A stretch of 64,000 nucleotides of DNA from a virus. Lineage: Duplodnaviria > Caudoviricetes. Below are positions 45,463 to 54,552 of this stretch, in pieces. The notes beneath the pieces were generated by a model, which was not told where the DNA came from, made no database searches, and worked only from the letters and a program-made list of their open reading frames with translations. The position numbers and the translations under genes are program-made. The stretch is from the IMG/VR virus record IMGVR_UViG_3300005805_000064, positions 1 to 64,000 of that record. The stretch is one strand, 5' to 3'. Each line of letters begins with the position of its first letter. Within the stretch, counting starts at the first letter, position 1.

Positions 45463-46991
45463 TATAGATCAGGATTTACGAACACTTCCTTGCTAGGATC
45501 TTCAGGTGGATGTTCTGGTACTAAGTCCATTCCTTCACGATAATTACCTGTTATGATCTCTGCGCTAGTAGGTACTTCAGTGTCGATGCTATCAAACCAG
45601 GCTACGAATTCTTCTGGGAAAGTCTCACGGAAGTTCTTAGCACGGCGCACATCATACTGACTATAGAATTGCTTGAAGTCACGCTTGTTCTGCTCAGGGT
45701 CCTTGACATTCTTGTGTGGAGTCTTGATGACGTCAAGATAATCGATCAAACGCTGAGTCTGCTCACGCTCAATAGCAGTCAATAATGGTTCACCGTTACT
45801 AGTCTTCTCATTCAAGTGTATATAATGGTTCAACCACTTCTGCAACTTGTCGCTATACTTCTGACGAATATCCATTGGCAACATCGCGCAACTCTGGAAA
45901 CTTGGGAAACGCAAGATATTCAAACTCATTGTTGGATATGTTGAGTCGTGCTTGCGCTTGAAGTTCATGATCTCTGTCATGAATTCTGTGATGCTTGACA
46001 AGCACAAACTATTGATAGTCATCATGATATGTGTGCGCTTGACATTACCTTCAGTATGCAATCTTTCAAGATTGCGCAACCATATATCCCAATTAAATCC
46101 ATCACGGATGTATTCAGCATGTTTACCTACTGCTTCACAACTTGTATACACTTCAAGCCATGGCACATAGTGACTCAATTCTATGAAACGATCCATGATA
46201 TCATCTTTAGGTACGAGGTTGCTATTGATAGCATAACGCATGACCTTACCGTCTGGGCGATTCTTTACACGCTCTTGGTTAGCCTTGAACCATTCGAATA
46301 GTTTCCATACACCTGCAGCCATTAATGGCTCACCGCCTGTGATACGAATCTCTTCAAGGTTATCAGCGAGGCCGTTCTCTTGTTCCCACCAGCGCCAGAA
46401 CGCTTGTGTGTATGGGTTAACTTCATCCGGCAATGGCTTTGCGTGATCTGCCTTGTTGATGAAGTGACTACGGGCATCACCGTTGATGTTACGATATGGA
46501 CCAAACTTGACGATATCCTTTACCCATGTAGTGCTAAAACTTGGGTTGCAATATGAACATGCGAAATTACAAGTTCTGTCGAATGCGATCTCAAGTGTAC
46601 GCAACATAGTGTTTTCTTGCCAGTCTGCTTTAGCAGTCTGTGCGATATACTCTTCCTGGTGTACGGCAGTCTTGTATACACGGTCTGAGATAGAACCGCG
46701 ACCCAAGTCTTCGATCTTCCAGCAATACTCACATTCTTGAGGACGAGTGCCTTCCTGCATCATCTTACGCATCAATTTCTTATGCGGGGTGTTGTGAATA
46801 GCAGTTGGATTATCTTTTAATTCGTTAGCATCGATCTGGTGTCCCAATGGGTGGTGACAACTTGCTGTCTGGCCGTTACCCAACCAAATAGTAGCATTTA
46901 GCCACTTGGCTGCACAATAACTGTCACTAACGATGTCGATGACTCGTTTCTTATAATCTGCGTATGTTTCGTCTGGTCTTTTTCCTGCCAT
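45462..46991 (-). CDS. Radical SAM enzyme, N-terminal twitch-like domain (CxxKW type)
   Basis: CAAKW...SCHHP...CEYCW; CNFACSYC; GGEP. Confidence 0.92.
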   Translation of the reverse strand: MAGKRPDETYADYKKRVIDIVSDSYCAAKWLNATIWLGNGQTASCHHPLGHQIDANELKDNPTAIHNTPHKKLMRKMMQEGTRPQECEYCWKIEDLGRGSISDRVYKTAVHQEEYIAQTAKADWQENTMLRTLEIAFDRTCNFACSYCNPSFSTTWVKDIVKFGPYRNINGDARSHFINKADHAKPLPDEVNPYTQAFWRWWEQENGLADNLEEIRITGGEPLMAAGVWKLFEWFKANQERVKNRPDGKVMRYAINSNLVPKDDIMDRFIELSHYVPWLEVYTSCEAVGKHAEYIRDGFNWDIWLRNLERLHTEGNVKRTHIMMTINSLCLSSITEFMTEIMNFKRKHDSTYPTMSLNILRFPSFQSCAMLPMDIRQKYSDKLQKWLNHYIHLNEKTSNGEPLLTAIEREQTQRLIDYLDVIKTPHKNVKDPEQNKRDFKQFYSQYDVRRAKNFRETFPEEFVAWFDSIDTEVPTSAEIITGNYREGMDLVPEHPPEDPSKEVFVNPDL

Positions 46992-46998
46992 ATATTCC

Positions 46999-48564
46999 TC
47001 AATTTTGTGTATATTCTTTCACGCACTCTTTCCAGTAATTCTTAAACTCCGGGAAGGTGAGTAGGAAATTAGTGCCCCGTCTTTTATCGAACTCTTTAAT
47101 GAAAAGATAGAAATTCTTCTTATTTATTGACTTTTGATTTTGGGGCAAAGATTCCTTCATCACAGCCAAATCTCGCTTGACTTTGAGTATCTCGTAGGGC
47201 TTGAAACCCTCGAATGTCTCTAAGTAGTCATCTCCCTGCACATTGTCTTCCATGAACTTCAAACAACGCTCTACTTCTTGTATCTCTTTCTCGGTAGCAT
47301 TAGTCACGCTGAACCAAGGCGGGAAACGCAAGATAGGAATGTCAAAGAACACACGCTGGAACTTTTTCTGCGTGTAGACTTTGTGAACGATACCATGCTT
47401 CTTTTCTTCTTCCGTTTGCTCAGGACTGATAGTGAACTCAGTCTGCGCACGACCGCCGAACTCACGGCGTAGTTCCAATATCATCTCAAGGAACTTGTGT
47501 AAACTAGGTATGCTCAACAAGTTAAAGGTATTGATGAAACTCACAGTAGTGTACTTTGTCTCACGCAAGAAGGTTCTGATGTTGTTCAACATCCTATCAT
47601 ATTCTAGACCTGTGCGCATATACTCTGCTTGAGGGCCCACTCCGTCTAGTGACACGAATAGCCAGAAATGCTTGAAACCTTTATCTACATACCAATGATT
47701 ACCGCTGAACTCATTGAAGTTTTCCTTGTCTTCATATGTGCGCAACTCTTCGATAGCCTTGACTTTTTCTAGGAACTTATCAAATAGTTTCTGATCGGGT
47801 GGGCACATGTTGCTGGTTATGCTCAACTCAAGTTGTCCATGAGGATTCTTGTTGACATAATCAAGCACTTTGAATGTGTTCTTGTCCATTAATGGCTCGC
47901 CACCTGTCATACGGAACACACGCAACTTTCTATAGATAGTGGGCCACCATTTCCAGAAAGCCTCTACATAAGGATTTTCTTTCTGTGCTACTCTTATGGG
48001 CATCAAGCCCTTTTGCTCTAATGATGGTAGATCATTGTGAACATAATTGTCTAACACGAATCCGCCATACTTTCGTACTTCTTCTTCCCATGTCGTTGAC
48101 AAGTGTGGGCTGCAATACATGCATTTGAAATTACATGCTTGATTGAAATTGACTTCTACATATCGGGGAGTCACATCATAGTCCCAAGGATTACCCGTGA
48201 CTTCATCGAATGTAGGTGCGTTCCACCATTCGCTACTACGATAGTGACGATCACTTAGATGTCCTTTAGGATCATCGCTCTGCGCATCTTCTACACGCCA
48301 GCAATATGCACAGCCTTCGGGTCTTTTACCCTCAAGCATCATCTTGCGTTCGGCAATCTTTTGTGGTGTGTTGTGTAATGCGCTTGGTTGCTTTTCTAAT
48401 AATTCTACAGGTATCTTATGTGTAGGTGGATGATAGCAACTCTGTGTGAGTCCTTGCGGCAAGTGCAAACTCACTTGCTGCCATTTTGCTAGGCATAAAG
48501 AAGGACTGACCGCATTTAAGCGGTCTCGCATGTCCCTAGCAAATTGATCGTATTCGCCTGACAT
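46999..48564 (-). CDS. Radical SAM enzyme, N-terminal twitch-like domain (CxxKW type)
   Basis: CLAKW...SCYHP...CAYCW; CNFKCMYC; GGEP. Confidence 0.92.
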   Translation of the reverse strand: MSGEYDQFARDMRDRLNAVSPSLCLAKWQQVSLHLPQGLTQSCYHPPTHKIPVELLEKQPSALHNTPQKIAERKMMLEGKRPEGCAYCWRVEDAQSDDPKGHLSDRHYRSSEWWNAPTFDEVTGNPWDYDVTPRYVEVNFNQACNFKCMYCSPHLSTTWEEEVRKYGGFVLDNYVHNDLPSLEQKGLMPIRVAQKENPYVEAFWKWWPTIYRKLRVFRMTGGEPLMDKNTFKVLDYVNKNPHGQLELSITSNMCPPDQKLFDKFLEKVKAIEELRTYEDKENFNEFSGNHWYVDKGFKHFWLFVSLDGVGPQAEYMRTGLEYDRMLNNIRTFLRETKYTTVSFINTFNLLSIPSLHKFLEMILELRREFGGRAQTEFTISPEQTEEEKKHGIVHKVYTQKKFQRVFFDIPILRFPPWFSVTNATEKEIQEVERCLKFMEDNVQGDDYLETFEGFKPYEILKVKRDLAVMKESLPQNQKSINKKNFYLFIKEFDKRRGTNFLLTFPEFKNYWKECVKEYTQN

Positions 48565-49517
48565 TACCAGCCTTCGATCCTTCTGATCACATCCATCTCT
48601 GTCACAAGAGGACCAAGATTATGCTTATCAGCATTGTAATGCCTCTTGAAGAATTCGCTTTGCTCTGCCGATAATGTGCAGATAGGTAAACCTAATTTGA
48701 ACTTCAGTTGTTCGCCCACTTGTTCCATAGCGTCTTTGGGATCTTTGCCTTCTGCATATTCGTTCCACAATGCAGGATAGTTATCGAACCATTGAACATT
48801 GCTATGGTCCCAGTCACTTAGCATAGTGAGATATGTTCCCAATCGTGCGCCATACATAGCCCAATAACCGTTGTCAACATCTGCGCCTACATTCTGCCAT
48901 ATAGTGAGATTATTGAAGTTACGGCTTGCTACAGAATCTTTAAATTGCTCTACTGTCGGTACTGCGCCCTTGTTCAAGCACATCTTTACACCTTCACGGA
49001 AACCTGCACGCCATGCTTGAAACGGAGTGTAGTTAGGGTATGTAGTTGAATAGCAATCATACATAGCCCAATATAAACTGTCTTTGCTGTCTAGGCAGAA
49101 GTCTGCGATTCGTGATACATCACCTTCAGTCTGATGCTCATGTGTCTTCATCTCACGCACATAAGTCTTAGTCCAACTGCTCATGCCACCGTTACCATAA
49201 CGCAAGCCATTGATAGCATTCACTGCCTTCCAACGGAACTGTGCTAACTTATACTTAGGATCTTTATCTGTGAAATCGAATTGTATGTTGAAGAACTCAG
49301 GTTGCGGCATGTTGTCGCCGTCGATGAGAATAAAGCGTTCAGTATCGCTTGCCTCACCTGCTGCTTTATGCGCAGCATCACTACCTTTAACATTATCAAC
49401 ACGCTTTGCCCAAGGAACCATGTTCTGAATCTGCATCCAGAATTCTTCTTTTTGTGGTTCATCATAACTCAAGTAAATGCAGTCTAATTCTGCAACATCT
49501 ACGATATCATAACTCAT
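48564..49517 (-). CDS. GT-A-fold glycosyltransferase-like protein
   Basis: YLSYDEP, KGSDAAHKAA, FILIDGDN (DxD), AWRAGFREGVKM. Confidence 0.72.
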   Translation of the reverse strand: MSYDIVDVAELDCIYLSYDEPQKEEFWMQIQNMVPWAKRVDNVKGSDAAHKAAGEASDTERFILIDGDNMPQPEFFNIQFDFTDKDPKYKLAQFRWKAVNAINGLRYGNGGMSSWTKTYVREMKTHEHQTEGDVSRIADFCLDSKDSLYWAMYDCYSTTYPNYTPFQAWRAGFREGVKMCLNKGAVPTVEQFKDSVASRNFNNLTIWQNVGADVDNGYWAMYGARLGTYLTMLSDWDHSNVQWFDNYPALWNEYAEGKDPKDAMEQVGEQLKFKLGLPICTLSAEQSEFFKRHYNADKHNLGPLVTEMDVIRRIEGW

Positions 49518-49863
49518 GTGTATGTAACTTCCATTTTTGTTGATCTGTGTAGTCGCTATTTACTACAACGCTAATATCTGTTTTTGCAGTGGATTGACCT
49601 TCATCAGCAGGCTTTAATTTAGAAAATGTCATGCCAGGTACAATCTTCACTATTTTTCCTTCAATAACTCTAATATCATACCGCATCTCTGAAAAGGTAT
49701 TTTTGTCGATGATGATATAATTTCCTTCCGGCTTATCACAGGTGTAGAAATCTACACTACCATCATCTCTGTAGTAGAGTCTGAATTCGACGGGTTCCAC
49801 TATAGTTTCTTCAGCCACTAGATATTCTACCCCGTTTATCTCTATTACTTTAAGTCTTTCCAT
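49507..49863 (-). CDS. Hypothetical protein
   Basis: 118-aa ORF coupled within the GT cluster. Confidence 0.65.
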   Translation of the reverse strand: MERLKVIEINGVEYLVAEETIVEPVEFRLYYRDDGSVDFYTCDKPEGNYIIIDKNTFSEMRYDIRVIEGKIVKIVPGMTFSKLKPADEGQSTAKTDISVVVNSDYTDQQKWKLHTHEL

Positions 49864-50653
49864 ATGCGTTTTCTATTTTACTACAAAAGTCCTTCACATG
49901 ATAATGAAAAGGATACATTTGCGGTACTGTATTCACTCTTAGTGTATCGGGTAATATTTCATAAACCAATTCTTTTGTCCAATCTTCTGTTTTAAGATTG
50001 TTGATCATTTGTTTCATGTGCACCATGCTAAATTCCTTAAACAAGGGCATAGTAGTTTTTTCAACGCCTATCATGCTACATGCTATGGCATAAACCCAAT
50101 CGGTAGTTGCTTCTTCATCTACTTTACATTGTAGTAACTTTTTATATTCATCCCAATTTTCGAATATATTTCTCACCAACTTAAAAAAATGTTCAGCGGT
50201 TTCGCTTTTCTTAAAATAAGTTAACGCATTATAACAGTCAGGAAGATTGTTGTTATCTATGAACTTTCTATAATAGCGCACATCAGATATCCTCTGATTG
50301 TAACTTCTAATATGTGTGCTTACCACTACATCGAGTTGTGAGCAAACATCAAAATAATAATCTATAGGTCGCGGTATATACAAGTCTGCTTCAAGTTTTA
50401 TAGTATGATCATATGGGCTTGCTTCATAAACTTGCCAGTCATTTATTAGTTTCCATTTACTTTCTTTTGCTTGATCACCATATGGCAAGGCTATGACACT
50501 ATCAAAATATGTGCTAGCATCGATGTCGTCCGTTAATAAAGATATATGCATATGAGGCATAGTTTTCTTTATGCTTCTTGCTAATATTTCTGCACATTTG
50601 ATGTAATCAATGTCTACAGTATTTTGTGCTAAGATTACAAAACCTCTACTCAT
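49850..50653 (-). CDS. GT-A-fold glycosyltransferase-like protein
   Basis: LARSIKK, ASPYDHTIKLEADL (DxD-position variant EAD); paralog of the next gene. Confidence 0.7.
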   Translation of the reverse strand: MSRGFVILAQNTVDIDYIKCAEILARSIKKTMPHMHISLLTDDIDASTYFDSVIALPYGDQAKESKWKLINDWQVYEASPYDHTIKLEADLYIPRPIDYYFDVCSQLDVVVSTHIRSYNQRISDVRYYRKFIDNNNLPDCYNALTYFKKSETAEHFFKLVRNIFENWDEYKKLLQCKVDEEATTDWVYAIACSMIGVEKTTMPLFKEFSMVHMKQMINNLKTEDWTKELVYEILPDTLRVNTVPQMYPFHYHVKDFCSKIENAYGKT

Positions 50654-51462
50654 TTTGTCAACTCCACAAATATATCTTTGTTTATGACATGAAAATCCAT
50701 ATTTTTTAATGTGATGTATTCTTTTTTGATTTTACCTCTCATCCATTTATCATATATTACTGTGTACTCTGTGCAGAACACATCATCATTATTTTTATAT
50801 ACAAAAGTCTTAGGACCTATATGTGTTAAATTCCAAGGTATGATATCTGATCTGATATCAGCATGTCCATTAACTATCCTATGTGCTATAGTCAACCCGT
50901 AATCATTTCTATAGGTGTCGCATGAGAACTTATGTATATTACCGTAGTGTGGGTAATTCTCTTGAACCATCTTCAAGCACTGAAAAATATTCTCTACTCG
51001 TTTTGTCTTTTTGAATCCTACAACAGTAGCCCATAATGTAGGTATGGTCAGTTCGTTGCTAAAGTCTAAATGTTCTTTCTTATCATATTCGTTCATTAAA
51101 AAGTTGATAGATTCATGACAACAAAAATCATCCATGACATCAAAAACTTTCATCAGAGTGTCGCTATTGACAAGATAATCCACATCTAACAAAATAGTAT
51201 CGTCATATGGGCTCAGTTCATAACTACGGTAGCGTCCTTTATTTAACCAGACTCTTCCATGAAATGTGTTGTTGGGATCGCTGTCTATCGTATAGACATT
51301 ATCAAATTTATAGCCCGTAGTAGTCGCTAATGAATTCTTATCTGTAACTATGCTTACTGGAAGATTGAGAAAATGATTCACACGCTTGGCAGTAAACTCA
51401 GCCATGTGATAGTAATTGTATTCAGGACTATTGAACGCAAAAAGAAGAACACCTTTTGTCAT
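50650..51462 (-). CDS. GT-A-fold glycosyltransferase-like protein
   Basis: LSPYDDTILLDVDYL (DxD), YRNDYG. Confidence 0.75.
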   Translation of the reverse strand: MTKGVLLFAFNSPEYNYYHMAEFTAKRVNHFLNLPVSIVTDKNSLATTTGYKFDNVYTIDSDPNNTFHGRVWLNKGRYRSYELSPYDDTILLDVDYLVNSDTLMKVFDVMDDFCCHESINFLMNEYDKKEHLDFSNELTIPTLWATVVGFKKTKRVENIFQCLKMVQENYPHYGNIHKFSCDTYRNDYGLTIAHRIVNGHADIRSDIIPWNLTHIGPKTFVYKNNDDVFCTEYTVIYDKWMRGKIKKEYITLKNMDFHVINKDIFVELTK

Positions 51463-51764
51463 CGCTTGGTCTCGGTCTCTTTAAACTCTGTAAGATATGA
51501 TGACATGTTTTCTTGATAGACTGATTTGAGCCTATTCAACAACGATAGCCTGTCAACTTCGACTGGTCTGTTGTGCGTATCGATGAGTATCAGTTTTTCT
51601 GTGTCGAAACTCTGTAAAAGGGTTATTGTTTCTGCGTTAGCAGCCCATAATCCATTTTGATCGGCAACTAAAAATTTGTTTTTGTATTTTTCTCTAAGGT
51701 AATCTTTAGCAGAATTATGTGCGAATCTTGCTTTTGCTTCGGATAGAAGGCTTTGGATATCCAT
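51459..51764 (-). CDS. Hypothetical phage protein
   Basis: 101 aa; GGAG RBS; TATAAATA upstream. Confidence 0.7.
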   Translation of the reverse strand: MDIQSLLSEAKARFAHNSAKDYLREKYKNKFLVADQNGLWAANAETITLLQSFDTEKLILIDTHNRPVEVDRLSLLNRLKSVYQENMSSYLTEFKETETKR

Positions 51765-51782
51765 ATAAACTCCTCTTCCGAG

Positions 51783-51790
51783 TATTTATA
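51783..51790 (-). promoter_or_regulatory. T4-type late promoter TATAAATA heading the modification island
   Basis: Exact TATAAATA 18 nt upstream of the ATG at 51764. Confidence 0.65.
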
Positions 51791-51813
51791 TGGTGCTAGA
51801 CTATGCTAAAAAA

Positions 51814-52761
51814 TTAGGATACGACGTTAGCGCCGGTCAATGAGATAGTACCCCAAGTGTTTGCTATGTTAGTTGTTGACGGAGGAACTAATGTGCAAGT
51901 CACACTTGAACCGCTACCCAATGTACCATTACCACTAATCTTGTCAAAGATGCAATGTACTGTGACTACTGAACCGTTATCACCGTTTGAGCCTTGTACA
52001 CCGTTGGTTCTTGCTAGATATTGAATCTGAACAGTTGTAGTATATGGTGCTGTGCCTGAGTCTTGGTCAAATATTGTCGTGTTAGCAGTTCCTAGACCAA
52101 AATAACCTGAGTTAGTTGATACTGTTGCTGAACCAGAACCACCTGTCTTTGTGACGCCAGTGTATGATGTACCTGCGATAGTGCGTGAACCTGAGTTTTG
52201 ACCGCTTAGGTTTAATGTACCAGTTGCTGTTGCTAATGTATTCATAGCAGCATTGATACCTGCTTGAGTATTTGAGTGTGAAGCAGTAAACTTCAACTGT
52301 CCACCTGAATTAAAGAAGTAACGAGCAGCATCGCCGTTTGCGAATGTGCAAGTGAATGTGAAGTTAGCATAGTCAGTCCATGCAGCAGTAGTAGTCTGTG
52401 TGTTTGTTGAACTCGAACCTTGCGCCGCAGCATTACCTCTGCTTGCCCAGATTGATGTTAAGTTTGTAGGAATCGCTGCGATATATGTTACTAGACCACC
52501 TGCCACTGGGGCAGTGACGCTTGTGATGCTTGTACCTTGGTGTGCGGCTGCGCTTGCAGTGTTATTAACAAGACTAGCCCAACTTGAAGCAGCCACTGCT
52601 TGACCTGCTGATACGTTTGCAACAGCAGTCTGGCCATATCCTCCCTGACCACTACCCGTTGCCCAAACAGCATTTAGTGTATTAACAGTGCTGGTAGGGT
52701 TACCTCCAACCAAATTATTAAAGTCCGATGCTTCAATCAAATTAAATTGTGCGTAACTCAT
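51814..52761 (-). CDS. Virion structural protein (Thr/Gly/Ala-rich)
   Basis: Composition and position in the tail gene block; ARYFFNSGGQL; GATAAATA upstream. Confidence 0.7.
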   Translation of the reverse strand: MSYAQFNLIEASDFNNLVGGNPTSTVNTLNAVWATGSGQGGYGQTAVANVSAGQAVAASSWASLVNNTASAAAHQGTSITSVTAPVAGGLVTYIAAIPTNLTSIWASRGNAAAQGSSSTNTQTTTAAWTDYANFTFTCTFANGDAARYFFNSGGQLKFTASHSNTQAGINAAMNTLATATGTLNLSGQNSGSRTIAGTSYTGVTKTGGSGSATVSTNSGYFGLGTANTTIFDQDSGTAPYTTTVQIQYLARTNGVQGSNGDNGSVVTVHCIFDKISGNGTLGSGSSVTCTLVPPSTTNIANTWGTISLTGANVVS

Positions 52762-52793
52762 GTTTTAAAATTCCTATCAATCTATAGTTTTAT

Positions 52794-53744
52794 TTATCTT
52801 ATTATGACGATTGCTTCTACCTCGCCTGCTTGAGGCGTAAGTTTATCTTCTAGACTTCGTCCTATAGTGTTAAATGCTGTGGCCTCACCATTTTTAGCCG
52901 ATCTAGCGATACCGTTACCTGCACTTACTAAGCGGTCTCCCTTATTGACTGTCCCAATGACCTTGACTTTGACACGGCCTGAGACTGCTACCGGAGGGTG
53001 TGTAGTATCTGTACCGGCACCTGCATTCATAAGATATGCTGCTGTATCAGAAATCACACCAAATACATCTTCACTAAGTTCGTAACGAACGGCTCTAATT
53101 TCTTTCTCTCCGCCCAATTCAACTACTGTGCCCGGACTCAATTCTGTGTCCGACTCAAATCGTTCTGCTAAGTCAGCATAAGTTGCTTGTAATCTTGAAC
53201 CTGTTGTCAATGTCCAATTTCCTGTTATCGATCCCGGGGTCGAGGCGCCGCCTGTAGTTATGATAGCCGTTGAAACTGTTGTTGCATTGGCTACTGTACA
53301 GTTGATGTTACCTGCATTAACATTACCGCTAGCCGTTAATCCAACTGTAGTAATATTGCCGGATACTGCTAAATTTCCACCTGCTGATATATCTGCGCCT
53401 ACTGTCAAGTCCGTGCCTATACTCACATTACCGAAACTTGTTGTTCCTGTAGAACTTGTCGCAGTCAATGCTAGCCAATTGCTAGTGACTGTCTCGCCGT
53501 CGCTTGGGCAGACTAACAATGTATTTGTGTTAGTGTTGAACCATAACTGGCCGCGCAATGGATTTGGGGGAGGAGTCGTATCCGCGAAATTTTCTAAGAC
53601 ATGCACGAAATTGGTATCTAACACTTGTCCATAACCGGCATAGTTACGACCGGGCAGCCCCAATGAAGTGCTTGTAGTATTAATCTGTCCGTCAGCGATG
53701 GTTGTTAATACTTGTCCGTCGCTTTTAACAATCGTATATGCCAT
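52794..53744 (-). CDS. Tail/baseplate-associated protein with a C-terminal domain resembling peptidase G2/intramolecular chaperone
   Basis: N-terminal LPGRNYAGYG...ENFA..PPNPLRGQLWF; C-terminal YADLAERF...GTVV..GG.KE...VAVSGRVKVKV.G.VNKGDRLV. Confidence 0.7.
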   Translation of the reverse strand: MAYTIVKSDGQVLTTIADGQINTTSTSLGLPGRNYAGYGQVLDTNFVHVLENFADTTPPPNPLRGQLWFNTNTNTLLVCPSDGETVTSNWLALTATSSTGTTSFGNVSIGTDLTVGADISAGGNLAVSGNITTVGLTASGNVNAGNINCTVANATTVSTAIITTGGASTPGSITGNWTLTTGSRLQATYADLAERFESDTELSPGTVVELGGEKEIRAVRYELSEDVFGVISDTAAYLMNAGAGTDTTHPPVAVSGRVKVKVIGTVNKGDRLVSAGNGIARSAKNGEATAFNTIGRSLEDKLTPQAGEVEAIVIIR

Positions 53745-53773
53745 AGTTTAATATCCGCTAGTTTTATTTATCT

Positions 53774-54388
53774 TCACAAAGTTATCTGATTTGTGAGGCT
53801 CTGTATTCTCACTGTATAATCAATCTGTATCTGACGATTTAAGGACTTCTGCACGGGGTGAAAAATAACATGAGTCAATAATCTAGTGATTACATTACCG
53901 TCACTATCTGTACCGTAATTTGCGAGCAATCCTAATTCGTCAAATATAAAGTCGGAGTCAGTCTGTGTGCTGTTATCAAATGCCATCTGTCCTGAAGGCT
54001 CGCCGTAATCTAATAAGCACTGAACTAATATATCTGTATACAATCTACCTGAAGTATGATTGACTGTCATCTTATTTCTGGTAGGGTCTTGATTGAATAC
54101 GCTAGTATCGTCAACAATCTTTGCGTAGGTTTCGTTATAAAGAGCAGCATTTTGCCCAGTTGTGTTGGGCGGCAAGTAAGTAATAATACCTGTTTCGTCT
54201 ACGCTAGCACCACCGTTGCCGAAGGCCATCTGATAGATTTCACCGAATCCGCGATTGCTGAGTGTGTCAGCAAGAGCCTCGCTCATGTTTTCGTAGTTGA
54301 TGGCATTTTTCTTATCTACGAATACTTCCAAACTATTTGGATCGTAGATTTTCAAAAATCCCTCAATCTTATAAGATAGTGTTATCAT
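53774..54388 (-). CDS. Virion structural protein (tail block)
   Basis: 204 aa; MAFGNGG, FDELGL, VIFHPVQKSLNR; late motif upstream. Confidence 0.7.
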   Translation of the reverse strand: MITLSYKIEGFLKIYDPNSLEVFVDKKNAINYENMSEALADTLSNRGFGEIYQMAFGNGGASVDETGIITYLPPNTTGQNAALYNETYAKIVDDTSVFNQDPTRNKMTVNHTSGRLYTDILVQCLLDYGEPSGQMAFDNSTQTDSDFIFDELGLLANYGTDSDGNVITRLLTHVIFHPVQKSLNRQIQIDYTVRIQSLTNQITL

Positions 54389-54552
54389 TAATCGTCAGCC
54401 CTCTTTTGCACAAAAATTTCCTTTGTGTTAGGATCATAAATTTTTACATGTGACGACAGATAAACCCCATTATTTTCATTGGGCTTTTTCTGCTCGTTTT
54501 CCGGTTTTTTATCGTCAGATTCCAATTTTTTTCCTACAGAATTATTTATCAT
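54388..54552 (-). CDS. 54-aa small protein (below ORF-track cutoff)
   Basis: MINNSVGKKLESDDKKPENEQKKPNENNGVYLSSHVKIYDPNTKEIFVQKRADD; starts right after the giant gene's stop and its stop overlaps the next ATG (TAATG). Confidence 0.75.
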   Translation of the reverse strand: MINNSVGKKLESDDKKPENEQKKPNENNGVYLSSHVKIYDPNTKEIFVQKRADD

